64,000 bases of DNA. Source: Toensbergia leucococca (Eukaryota). The number at the start of each line of letters is the position of its first letter. The first letter of the stretch is position 1. The stretch lies in assembly GCA_022813965.1 (NCBI GenBank), contig JALDZS010000005.1, positions 1 through 64,000 of the forward strand, given 5' to 3'. Both the position numbers and the translations under genes were made by a program. Below are positions 1 through 12,029 of this stretch, in pieces. Under the pieces are notes generated by a model, which was not told the DNA's origin, ran no database searches, and saw only the letters and a list, made by a program, of their open reading frames with translations.

Positions 1-1373
1 TTTACTCTCAGATGAGTTTTAGCTCAGATACTTTCACTTATAAAAGTACTTAGAAGTGTCTTCTTGCTTACTGAGCAGAAGACATCACTGAAATAATAAA
101 GGATGACCTGACATACATAAAGAAACAGCTTGAATAAGCTCAAGCTATCAGGATTAATAATGCTAACTGTTACCGCAAAGATGTCACCTATGAGATTAGT
201 CAGAAGGTCTTTCTTGACTGCTGCAACATCAAGATCAAGAGGCTGTGTCTCAAGCTAAATGACAAAAACATCAGTCTGTACAAGATTCTGCAGAAGATTG
301 AAATCATCTATCAACTTGAGCTCTCAGCCTTCATAAAAATACACTCAGTATTTTATGTCATGCATCTTTAGACTGCTGTTACAGACTCTCTTCTCAGACA
401 GATTAACACTTCTCTCAGGTCAGTGATTATTGATGATCAGAATGAATGAGTAATAGATGAGATCATTGATTCTTCCTGTATTGAGATCAATTACTGTCTG
501 CAATACTGAGTCAAATGACACAACTACCCCTGAGATAATATCTGATACAATACAGATAACAATGAGTTTGAGCACTCTTAAGAACTCATGAATGCATTTC
601 ATGCTTAGTACTCAGACAAGCTTGAACCTTACCTGCATTATCATTAAGAACCGCTCTCTGATGCATAAAAGTCATCTGAAGCTTAGCTGAAACTTGATTT
701 CATAGCGCAGTTAAGTCTTTATTAAAGACTTCAATCAAACTGACCTAAGACTCTGATCTGCTGTCATTAAGCGCCTTAAGGGAAGTGCCCTAAAATTGCA
801 GTCAAGAAGTCAACTGATAGCTCTGTTCCTTATTTCTGCAAGCTGAGTCAGCAAGTATTAAGATAAATAGATGAATTGCTTTCTTTTATATACTCACTGA
901 GTATCTGTTAGGCTGTCAGGCGCTTACACACACTGGACTGCAGGAAAAAATTTCAGATTGCACATTTTTGTATACGCACGTCAATTTTCTCATACAAATT
1001 CACAACTTCTGATATAACACAGGTAGGGGCATGATGATTTTTTCTGCACAACAAGAGCGTTTTCTTTTCATTTTTTCATCTCTTTTCTTTTATTCTTCAC
1101 AAGCAATGAGGGCATTACTTACTTGTGGGGGGGGTAATATTACATTTCACTTTAGCATCCTAGCTTTCACCCTAGCATCCTAATGTATGCACAGATTAAG
1201 ATTAATACAAGAGCTAGAAGTTGACATGTGAGATTGTCAGATGTCACAGCTGTTACTCAGTGACACCCTGCTAAATACTTATAGCGCATTCATCTTCTGT
1301 ACTTTTAGATCTTTACCTTTAGTATTCTATTCAATAGTATCCATATGACTAGACTCTAGACCTGACTGTAACA
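1..1373 (+). mobile_element. 3' end of a degenerate Ty3/gypsy (chromovirus-type) LTR retrotransposon: integrase C-terminus and chromodomain, PPT, 3' LTR
   Basis: Reading through stops gives YEISQKVFLDC..YKILQKI..YQLELSAFIKIHSVFYV (GPY/F-like region) and E*VIDEII..LQY*VK*H (chromodomain, Trp/Arg codons changed to TGA). A G-run PPT at ~1125-1134 is followed by an LTR. Confidence 0.85.
1138..1373 (+). repeat. 3' long terminal repeat (~236 bp)
   Basis: Starts TATTACA (TGTTACA with one G>A) 3 nt after the G-run and ends TGTAACA, giving a 7-bp terminal inverted repeat. The 5' LTR is outside the window. Confidence 0.7.
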
Positions 1374-1640
1374 CAGAATATCTTTATTAACCTCATTGTC
1401 CTCTTTCTTTATCTTATTAATATCATCTGTAAAGAATTGCATTGATCTATAACCTTTGAAAGATGTGTAAAGAGAAGTTATTGAGATGAATATAGATAAA
1501 TAATAAGGGTGAAATGACTTGAATAAGTGAGATATATTAGTGTATGCAATACAGTTGCTCACATACACATCATCATATAAAATTAAATCCTCTTTATTAT
1601 CACCATCACTAGGTAGGTATGACTTAAGACTTCTGTGTAG
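1374..1640. mobile_element. AT-rich, probably mutated repeat remnant flanking the LTR
   Basis: Strongly AT-rich and CpG-depleted like the adjacent element; no domain recognised. Confidence 0.3.
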
Positions 1641-2844
1641 GTCAATTGACTAACTTCTTGGTGTTTGTTTCAGTACAGAAGCCTCAAGTCATACCTAGTG
1701 GTGGTGGCAATGGAGAGGATTTGATTTTACATGGTGGTGTGTGTGCGGGCAACCGTATTGCATACGCTAATATGCGGCACCAGCGGTTGCAAAATCCTCG
1801 AGATTGTCTTGGCATTTTCATTGCGCGCCCCCACTCATGTGTTGTTTTTGAATAACAATAAATAGAGCTTGAATCAAAAATCTCATTTGGGCAGATTGTA
1901 GAGCTTTGTCATGCGATTCTATCGCAACAGGATTCAGTCAAACACTACTGGCAGTCATGAAGATATCCTCAATAAAGGTTTCATGAGGTTGATGGGGTTG
2001 TGAACAGGCCTGAACATCAAGATTGATTCATCAACTCTTAACTACAAAAGTACTGGATTAGCCACTCGAAAGGTCAGTTATATACCAGATAACACAGTAC
2101 CTATCTACCTAATTCTTGAACACTTTCACTCTATGCCGCTTTGCGAATGATGCCGAGGTTGCGGTCCAGATATAAGAAGGTACCTTTCCTTCCCCGTCAG
2201 AATTTAGGCCTTCTCCGCTTCTGCAACACCAAGGGGATGGCCTCAGCGAACAAATGACGACGATCGGACCATAAACACTATATAGCTACCTTATGCCCTA
2301 CGGAGTAAGCTCAAGCTTCGATGCTCCTAGTTCCCGGGGGGCATTCTTCTCCAGCATTGCTTCCATCGAGTAACTTAGGGTAAGATACCCTATGATTCAG
2401 GTGGGGAGACCCATAGTATTGAAGATTTCAATGGCTCTGGACCATTGGTCAATTTTCTACGTCCTACGCGCACCGCTGCTACTGTAACCATGTTTCGACA
2501 TCAAGGCTTTCAAGAGACCGAGGCAAAGTAAGAGCAGATTAGGGTTACGAGATGAGATAGCTCTCCGAACTTCATTTTTGGCAGTTTCGCTGGTTTTCGT
2601 ACCATTATCTTGTCTGAAATATGCAAGCAATTCCTGCGCTCTGGCTTTGGGGCAGGAAATCCTACTCTTACAAGGCTTTGTATTCGAACCAATCAACGAA
2701 CATTGATATGGCTACCAAGCGTGTCGGGGTCCTGGCAAGGTAATATCACACGCATTCATGTAAAACATTCTCGAATAATGGACTGATTGAGAATGTAGGT
2801 TTCATGCTACAGAAGTTGCGCCTCGAAAAAGTTCGATGTAGGAC

Positions 2845-5234
2845 ATGGCCGGAGGCATCGAATCTGGCGCGTCGAAAAATGTGCCTAGAGCCGTAGAAGA
2901 CAAAACGGAGGAGGATATGACATGTACATCTTCGCTCAAGGATGAGGAGCCAACTGAGGAAGAAAGAGAGACCTTTCGCCATGTTTCGGACAAAGTCCTC
3001 TGGTCTGCCTTCCTCGTGGCAACAATCGAGTCTTGTGAAAGATGTACATACCATGGATTATCTGGTCTGCTATTCTCAGTTTCAAGTGACATACTAGACT
3101 TAACTAATATCATATTTAAAGGACCCTTTCAGAACTACGTCCAGAACTCTTATCATGATCGCACGGGTCTACCAGGCGCAATTGGTATGACAGGGCTGAG
3201 TTCTCCTTTCATACCATGTTTTGGATTAATTGACGTTGTACAGGACTTGGACAGCAAGGTGCGACTGCATTGACGGACTTCTTCCGTAAGTTGCTTTGAG
3301 CTCAACATAAGTCAAGTCCATCACTGAGGAAGTCGGAATTTTGGTGCTACTGTACCCCTTTGATCGGTGCCATCATTGCGGACCAATACCTGGGAAAGTA
3401 TAACACGATTCTATACTTTAACTTTATTTACCTTGCAGGAGTAACAATTCTCTTCTTGACATCTCTTCCGATTGCCATCGAAAATGGCATCGCTCTCGGA
3501 GGCCTGATCGCTGCTATGATAGTCATCGGACTTGGCACTGGAGGCATTAAGTCCAACGTCAGTCCTTTGATTGCTGAGCAATATCGAGGCATTAAACAAA
3601 CGATCCGAGTCGAGAAGAATGGAGAGAGAGTTGTTGTTGACCCTGCTGTGACAATCCGGCGTATTTACATGGGTTATCTCTAAGAGAATACTAATTATAT
3701 AAAAATCCACTGAGACTCTTCTTGGATATTCTATTTGTGTATCGACGTTGGCTCGCTTTCATCAATTGCTACAACAGAAATGGAGCAGAGAAATGGCTTT
3801 TAGACAGCTTATCTTCTCTGTCTAGGTATGTTTGTCGCAAGAATCATAGTGCTGACCGCAGGAAAAGAACGATGTAAGATACCCTGATGCGCTAAAACCC
3901 CCGGTGCTGATGTTCTTTTTCGTAAGTAGACATAATGAGGCCTCCCAAGGGTACCATTGTCATCAACGCTTTCTGATCCATGTGGATTAGTCTTATCAAA
4001 AAGGGAACATGAGTATGGGCCCCTCGAAGTGAATCATCAGGTCCTTTGGATCTGATGGATTTCACTACGCTCAAGTCCTTAGGCTTGGACCATTCGCGAA
4101 CGCTGCTAATCTCCCTTTTTCAGATGCCGTAAAGCCGTCGTATCAAGAAGAGCACGGCCGAAGACATATAACCCCTTGGAACGACCTTTTCATCGAAGAA
4201 ATGAATCGTGCTCTTGTGGCAGTAAGTCTTGTGCCATTCTGTTTGATGTCAGGATCGCTGATACTATTGAATTAGTGTTCGGTCTTTTTATTTTGTCGCA
4301 TCTATTAGCTCGTGTACTCGCAAATGTTGAATAATTTCGTTGCTCAAGGTATGCCCTTGAGAGTGCATAGTTTGCGTTTCTGACTCTCTGCAGCGGGTAA
4401 AAATGAGCTCCATGATATACCGAATGACATCAGTAAGACCTCTACCAGCGGACTTGAAGTCAATGTTGCTGATCTGCTGTGCTACTGTCAAATTTCCTCA
4501 CAATAATCATATTCATACCTATTTGCAATAGCCTACTATACCCCTTTCTTCGAAGGATAGGCATTAGATTCAAGCCTATCAATCGAATCACTATAGGTTT
4601 CGTTTTTGCAGCCCTATCAATGGCATACGCTGCGATTGTTCAGCACCTGATCTACACCTCCCCACCATGCTACGAGGCGCCTCTTGCGTGCCTAGCCTCC
4701 AACGGGGAGTTAACAAACAATGTTCATGTGGCCGTCCAAATACCGGCATACCTACTCATCAGTCTATCCGAAATTTTTGCTAGCATTACTGATTTGGAAT
4801 ATGCAACCACCAAGACACCCACAAGTATGAAGAGCTTCATCATGTCTATCTTCTTACTGCAGAGGGCGTTTGAATCTGCTCTTGGTGTTGCGTTGTCACC
4901 CACTGCCATCAGCCCCAAGCTCGTATGGATGTACAGTATGTGGATCTTATACTTGGTGCTTGCTACCCTTGTCATTGCTAACACCTATCTAGTGGGTCTC
5001 TGTATTGCGACCATTATTACTGCAGGAATATTCTTGATGACATTCAACAAGTACAACGCTACAGGGGACGAGATGAATATGCTTGAGGATCCGCAAGAGA
5101 AGGCTGTTGGTGCTGGTGAGATAACGGCTGGGGGTGGCTTAATGCACAGAAATGCTCTAGAAAGCCTCGATAGCGAGGATCGACATGCTTCAGCACCCTC
5201 TGAGAGCCAGAAAGGGGGTGCTTATACTGCATGA
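2845..5234 (+). pseudogene. PTR2: POT/PTR family di-/tripeptide transporter, disabled
   Basis: Motifs ESCERCTYHGL, GAIIADQYLGKY, GLGTGGIKSNVSPLIAEQY, QIPAYLLISLSEIFASITDLEYA. In-frame TAG at 3801-3803 (GF*TAY, expected W) and TGA at 3974-3976. Apparent 1-nt frameshift near 4000. Two expected acceptors read GG instead of AG (~3336, ~3725). Confidence 0.85.
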
Positions 5235-5334
5235 CCCGATAAGGTTCGAGTTGGATCAAGCATGTACGATCAATGCACTTTTTTTTTTCAAAAGTATACT
5301 GTATGAGCATCAACAAACATTGCGTCCACGTCTT

Positions 5335-6300
5335 ACTCTTCTTCCAACATGAAGATCGAAATCAGCTTCCAAAGCCCACTTTTGTAAAACCAGTCGACCA
5401 TGTCATGCCAGTCACTTGAGATACCTGGTTCAATCTGCGCGTAACACGATTATCTCCATTATCTGCAATGACACAGAAAAGCGCGGTGCTAAAACTCAAG
5501 TGTGTGCTTGCAGAATCCGAGTATTGCTATCAAAAGATGAATACGGAGTTTCCGTCGTTCGAGAATTCGACAAAGTGCGTTTTACGAAAGCTTTTCGATT
5601 GGTTTAAAAGGACTTGCAAGCCGTGCAGAACATTCTCCATCCATGAAATATCTACTATGATATTTTATTATTTACATGAGACGCCAAGTACCTGGTGACT
5701 ACAAACACATTGCCCTTTACTGAATAGCATTCTTGTCCCTCGACCAACCTCGATACTGCAATCATTCACATAGCATTTAGTCTCTTTTGAGCTTCTTCCT
5801 TGCCCTTCTCAATGCTGTTCGGGTTGGCAATGGCACCGCAATGCAGCAGAAGTGTCATGAAAACACCAAGTGGTGTTACAGAGAGTGTGGTGAAAATAAA
5901 TCAATCAAAAACCGGGGGCTCACGCTTTCAGTCCACCGGCAACCTGATTGGGGTTTTTACTGATATTCTGGTCCTCCATACCGTAATAAGGTTGATGAGG
6001 CATACTGCCGAGGACTTCTTTGGATTGGGTCTTTGAGGCTTCTGACGTGTCTGGCGTTCAACACGGTCAGAACAGGACTGTGAGAACGGAGGGCCGATGA
6101 GGAATGGACTTACGGGGATTGGAAAGATTCGCTTTATGGCCCGAGGCGGCGTTAGAGAGGTCCTCTGCGGGATTCTGCATTTTTTGATACAAGCGTCGGT
6201 GAACGGGTAAATGGAGACAGTTTTTGCAGCACCCTTTGCACGTTCAAGGTTGAAGTATGTGATACATGAGAGTGGGACAGGAAATGGATGACGAGTCACA
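5335..6300 (-). pseudogene. Possible decayed multi-exon gene of unknown function
   Basis: Protein-like minus-strand segments (..GAIANPNSIEKGKEEAQKRL; MENVLHGLQVLLNQSKSF..IF**QYS; ..DWHDMVDWFYKSGLWKLISIFMLEEE*) with internal stops and GT..AG intron-like gaps; no family recognised. Confidence 0.3.
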
Positions 6301-7774
6301 AGGATGTTGAAGAGGTCAGGAGGTAAGAGCAGAATTATTACGGAGGAGCTAAGGTACCTCGGGTGCTCGGGTACCTATCACTCTACCTATCCACCTTAGA
6401 ATAGATCTTACGGGGTAGTGTCCGGGAAGCTAGATGATACCTAGCTACCTAGATGCCAGCTACCACTCCTAAGGTACCTTAGGTACCTACCTACCTACTG
6501 ATACGGATAGATTGTCGAGTCTTCCTTCCCTTTAGCCGCAGGCCTCAAAGCCGATTTAGGGGGATCGATAGATTAGACTTTGGCTCTAACCTGTCATCGA
6601 CGACACCCCTCCCCGCTCACCCCCCAAAACGGCAATAAAACACATGCACTCGTCAAATCAGCTTCGTACAATGGTCAAGCCCAGGCCATGCTGTGCTACC
6701 TCAAACTTCCTTCCTGGCGTTTTTCTATCTCATTGGGCAATTGTAACCATTCTCCCGACTCAACAAGACTCACTTTTGCACAATCTTCGTGACTTGCATC
6801 AATGTCAGGCAGTTTCTCCCTGCCTACATGCTTATGTCGCAACGCTGCAGCTACATATCTTTCTGTCCTCGAAACACCGCCGTTTGCTTGCTGGCCCTAT
6901 TCTAGACCCCCAAGTTCACGTACAAAATCTACTAATGCATCACAAATTCTTTGGCCTCCATCAGTAAGCATCGAAGCATAGTGGTCGCAAGCCTTGGCAT
7001 TGATCGTTTTTTTCTTGCATTGTAATATCTGCACTTTCCCTGCCGATGCATACCCCATCAATTTCCTACTTCATCTGGACTGGCAAGCTCGGGATGATTT
7101 ATGCAGTGCGGGAGATCTGAAGGAGATCTGTCAGAAAAATATGACGTCCGTGTTTCACGGCATCATGGCCTATATCACAATCAGATCGCAGATTTCTAGT
7201 GACTTCTGCCGATAATGAGGTACTGAGTTCGCCATGGGTAGCTCATGTTATTTAGATAAGTCTCTATACCAACGAGCCTGAAGGAGTATCGCTCTCTGTT
7301 GAGCTGCGAGCATGCGGAGGGCCAAGGGCGTCGAAGATCATTGTTCTTAGGAGGCAGAGAGTGCCACACCCCGAATGGCGGTATGCCGTTCCCTTTCCCA
7401 TTTCTGCCCTGCGTTTCGGTGTCCTAAGGTGCATCTTCGAGATTTCTTGGTCGGCTCAGTGCACCGAGAGGGAAATTGGAGGACCACCAGCAATACTGTA
7501 CTGCGGGTATCTGTACGAACACTGCATGTTTTGCGAGTGGGAATCATATAAGACATCTCATGATGTCGAGGCCTTGACTCTCTTGCCTGTCGCTCTGGTC
7601 TTTCTTCTTCCATTTCAAGATTCTTTCTGATACACATTACCAGCAAAGCTCTCCACTACTTTCTCTGAAAATGTACCTGTTAAGCTTCGCGTGCATGGCT
7701 GGAATACTCGCCCCAGTTTTGAGTGATCAAATGGCCGGTGAGGGGGACTTTCTTTCTTGTCCTACCCTAGCAAC

Positions 7775-9099
7775 ATGAGAATCACCTCTCTGTATGCATC
7801 GATGGATCGGAACGATGAGCCTAGGCTCGTTCAAGGGTTTTCAGCAAGCTTTCCTTCTCTACCTTTGTGGTATTCTGTATTCAGTCCTGCAGATCTCACA
7901 CCGTCGCCCGTCTTGTCGGATACAAACTTCGCTGACATGATTATAGTTCATGGACCTGTTGTTAGTCCTCGGTGTGCTAATGAGACTGAGCCTCCGTATC
8001 CGTATCATCACCACTCGTATCAGCCTGGACCTACTGGACCCAATGTATCTATCAGCACTGGCATTCCTACCTTTCCTACAAGTCCTGTTGTGACAGGCCT
8101 GCCCCAAAGCTCAGTAATTGGAAGTGCACTCGGCTTTTCGAGCTCTTCCTTCTTCTACAGTCTGCCCAATTCAAGTAGCGTCGCAGTTCCGCTCAGTACG
8201 GGACACACTTCGTTCGCAGTCAACATTACTACTTCGGCTTCACCTTCGTTTCCCACCTTTGCAAACTCCAGCACGGTAGGAAGTACTGGAGCTTCGATCT
8301 TTTCAGTACTTCCGGCCTCCTACCCATCTAACCCGTACGGATTCAGTTTTCCTCCGTACCCTACGTCGACAGCAATCAGTGTCAATCCCACGGGAATTAG
8401 TAACACTACTTACCCCATTCCAACTGGTGGTACCAGCGGAACTATCTCTGCATCGTTTAGTGGATTTCCTTCAATTACTTCAGCCCCCTATGCAAACTCT
8501 TCTGTCGTTGGTCCGATTGGAACGCAGAGTTGGACTGCACCTATTTTCACTGGGTCCAGCCTCATTTACTCGAATAGCGCGGCTAGCGGGATCCTGGCGT
8601 CGTCCACAAGCAGTGCTCTCAACAGCACGACATACACGACAAGCAGCACCGGCACCGCTCCTGTCTTTCCAACGGCTCCGTATACGACAATTGGCGGTGG
8701 GACTGTTCCTGTGTCTCTGACGACATCTTACTCAACCCTTGGATCCAACAGCACTGCCGGAGGGTCGTCGGCAAGCTACATCCCTCCGGTTTCACCTTCT
8801 CATGGGCCCTATACATTATCACCTTATTCGTCCAGAGTGCTTGGAAGTTCGACAGCTGGAGCGCTCTCGGCTAGCAACACGACGCTCATTACGAGCACAA
8901 AGTCCCTCATATCAAGCTTTCCGAGAAGTGAGCCAACGGAGTATTATCATCACTATCGTAGGCCCCACAAGAAGGTAAGTAAAATCACAAAGGGTACTAG
9001 GAGATGGATAGAATTAACGGAAGGCAGCCGGAGGACCCATATTCGTATGTACCGCCAAGTTACGGGTATGACTACGGCGATGGCTTTACTTGGGAGTAG
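7775..9099 (+). CDS. Ser/Thr/Pro-rich low-complexity protein, possibly a secreted or cell-wall glycoprotein; 5' end uncertain
   Basis: Long S/T/P/G-rich ORF with several N-x-S/T sequons. Branch site plus acceptor at ~7945. An intron GTAAGT..CAG at ~8974-9027 leads to a last exon PEDPYSYVPPSYGYDYGDGFTWE* (TAG 9097-9099). Confidence 0.6.
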
Positions 9100-9235
9100 A
9101 GGATGAATGCTGGACATACGTCGGGTATGAGTTTAGTCGGAAAAAGGGAGGATAGGAAATAGGACCGAAAAAAGATCAACGTGGCACTCTAGGCATATCC
9201 TTCATTAAGAATATTGACATTTAGCGCATGCAATA

Positions 9236-9627
9236 CATCTGCGACTTCTTGGCACCGCAGGACCGCCCCCCCCACCTCCACCTTAAGTCCTTGGCATTAC
9301 ATCAAGTTTGGTACTGTAAGCTTGATGACGATTCGGAAATTACTTGAGAGCATCTGATGACATCGTTCAGTAGGTGGGTAACGCTCATTAAGGCTCTAGA
9401 CATTTCAAGAGTAATGACATTTCATCTTCAAAATTGGCGTGTTGCGGTCATGACTCACAACACTGCTAAAATCCCTAGATGAGTGATACTTCCCTACTGA
9501 TTGATGTTCTCACATGATTCCCTAAAAGCTGTCAAGCTTACTGTACAAAATTTGATGAAGATATGATGAATGCTCAGGACTTGAGGTGGAGGTGGGGGGG
9601 ATCTGCGGTGCCAAGAAGTCGCAGATG
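9236..9627. mobile_element. Non-autonomous TIR element (MITE, Tc1/mariner-pogo type), 392 bp
   Basis: Perfect 25-bp TIR CATCTGCGACTTCTTGGCACCGCAG extending imperfectly to ~60 bp; TA on both sides (9234-9235, 9628-9629); no internal ORF. Confidence 0.9.
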
Positions 9628-10075
9628 TATTGAAATAGGCAACTGTTTAGACTCCAGGACGCATTGCTAGCACAAGCACTCCTTAAAGATGCTGGAGATA
9701 GCTAGAACATCATTGGCAATCGGAATTGCTATGAGAACTGATCTACTCTGCTAGTACGAGTACCTACCTATGTAAAAATCGGCGAAGTGGAGTTGCGGCT
9801 GTTCTAAACGACGACCGCCGAGGCTCAGCTCTTTCTGATTGGTCGTCGCGTCAACATGCGCAAGATTTGGCGTCGTGGATTTTGTTTAGTGAAGTAAAAG
9901 CAGGGAAGGAAACAGGGCGGGGGACTTCATTTCCCAAACGCTCTCTTGCTGTCTTGGTTTGTGGATATAACTAGACTGTACTGGAATTGGTATTGTACAT
10001 ACTCCGTCTCCTTTTCTCATCAATAACGTGAAACGATAACAATTCGCCGTCTGAATTCCCTCATTGACCAGTGCA

Positions 10076-12029
10076 ATGCTCACCGTTTACTCCCTGGTAT
10101 TGGTTGCCCTTCTCCCCTTCATCTCTGCCTCTGCAGCTGTCCCCAGACCTGCTGCAGTAGCTCAAGAACAGCCACTGATCACGCCCTCGCCGGCTACGTG
10201 GGATCCTACCAAAACTGCAAAGTCACGCAGAGACGTACTCTCTGATCTAACGAGCGATATCGATTCCGTTCTTTCGGGGTTGGGATCCAACATCCCTTCA
10301 TATGTTGCTTCAGGCGTACCCAATTTCTTCCAAGGCTTCCCTAGCGGATCAGCTGTCGAGAGCAGCCTAGGCATTAATAGTAGTCAACTTGCGGCACTTC
10401 CGACCCAGGTGCTGAACATTCCGTAAGACATCATGAGGTTGCCTCAAATACTGCTTCCCTCTCGACTTCGCTGACAATTGCCCTTAGAGGCTATGGAAAT
10501 TGGACAGACCAAGGTTGGAACCTACGCTTTCATGGCAATGTCTTCAAGCAACCCAACATCTCAGAGTCGAAGCTTGATGACCTCGCTAATATCTTCTTGA
10601 TCGGAACGTCCGTGCAACAACTCCCAGCTGCCCAGGCTTCTCAAGCAAAGAATCTTACTGCCGAGATCTTCGTGGTTCAGCAAGGCAACGAGAATGTCAC
10701 ATTCAATCTGGAACCCGCACCTGCTGCTGGAGCATCGGGCGAGGAGGGTGGAGGGGGGGCTGTCACAGCTACAGGCGGTAACCAAGTCATCGACTTTCCG
10801 ACCCCGACGACGCCAGAAGGTGACTTTGATGGATTCGTTCAGATCAAAAGTGAAGGACTTATGGACGGTAATTCTACGACCGCTGTACAACGACTAAATG
10901 TTTATACCCAAGGAACTAATACCGGAAATGCTACTGCATACCTCGTACCATCGAAGGGTCTTACTATTATCTCTGACATAGATGACATCCTACGCATTAC
11001 CAAGATCTACGAGCCAGCACAAGGACTACTGAATTCCTTTGCCAAACCGTTTGTCCCGTGGCTTTCGATGCCATCCATATATGCAAATTGGTCTCGTAGC
11101 ATCCCCGACTTCCATTTTCACTACCTTACTACGACCCCCGAGCAGATAACCCGCAATTATATGGTACGTCCGAGCATTTCTCTCTACGTTATCACGTCCA
11201 AAGTCCACCCCCTCCCCCTCCCCCCCCCCTAGTTCTTAGGCGCTCATGCAGAGACCGAAAAAACAAACCCCTTTCGCAAACCGCAATACCTTCAGATTTG
11301 ATTCGATATTTTTGGTGCAGGTTTGAATGTAATTTTGAATGAGTTGCTGATTTGTGGGGTGATTGGGTAGGATTTCATCTACAGTACTTACCCCGGAGGC
11401 TCCTTCGACACCCGCCCTCTTAATTTCAGTGATGTCAGCGCAACTCTTAGTATCCGGAAATTCTTGCTCGAGAAGATATTCCAGACATACCCGGAACGAA
11501 AGTTCATCCTAATCGCGGATACAAGTAATAGCGATGTGATGAGAGACTACCCAGCCATGGTCACGGAATTCCCCAATCAGGTGCAGTGCATATTCTTGAG
11601 AAACACCACTGCTACGGATAGTGGGGACCAGTTCCCTTATGACACATCTGGCTTCAAAAACATAAGCCAGCAAATGTACATGTTTTTTCTGGTACCTGTG
11701 AGTTGATTCTCCATCTGAAACAATCATAAAGCTACTATCATGCCAGGAATAATCGCTCTCTCGTCGCTCCTAATTAGTAGCCTTCCTGAATACTGACATG
11801 CGATCATTTCTAGGACGATCTCACAAACCTTGACATCTCGAACGGCCAGTGCTACAATTCTTCTATCCTGCAAAATGTGACGTTTGGCGAGCAAGGTCTG
11901 CCGTTCGGTATCAATCTCGGCGGCGGAAAGAAGGGCGGTGTAGGCAGGTCTCCCGCCGCTGGTGTTGAGGCTACGATCATTGCATCAGCGCTAGCCATCT
12001 TGTTTGGAGCGCTGTTTTCAGAGTTGTAA
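10076..12029 (+). CDS. App1-family (DUF2183) phosphatidate-phosphatase-like HAD protein with signal peptide and hydrophobic C-terminus
   Basis: N-terminal MLTVYSLVLVALLPFISASA; motifs IISDIDDILRIT, FHFHYLTTTPEQ, YPERKFILIADTSNSD, FPNQVQCIFLRN. Four GT-AG introns; ends IIASALAILFGALFSEL* (TAA 12027-12029). Confidence 0.8.
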
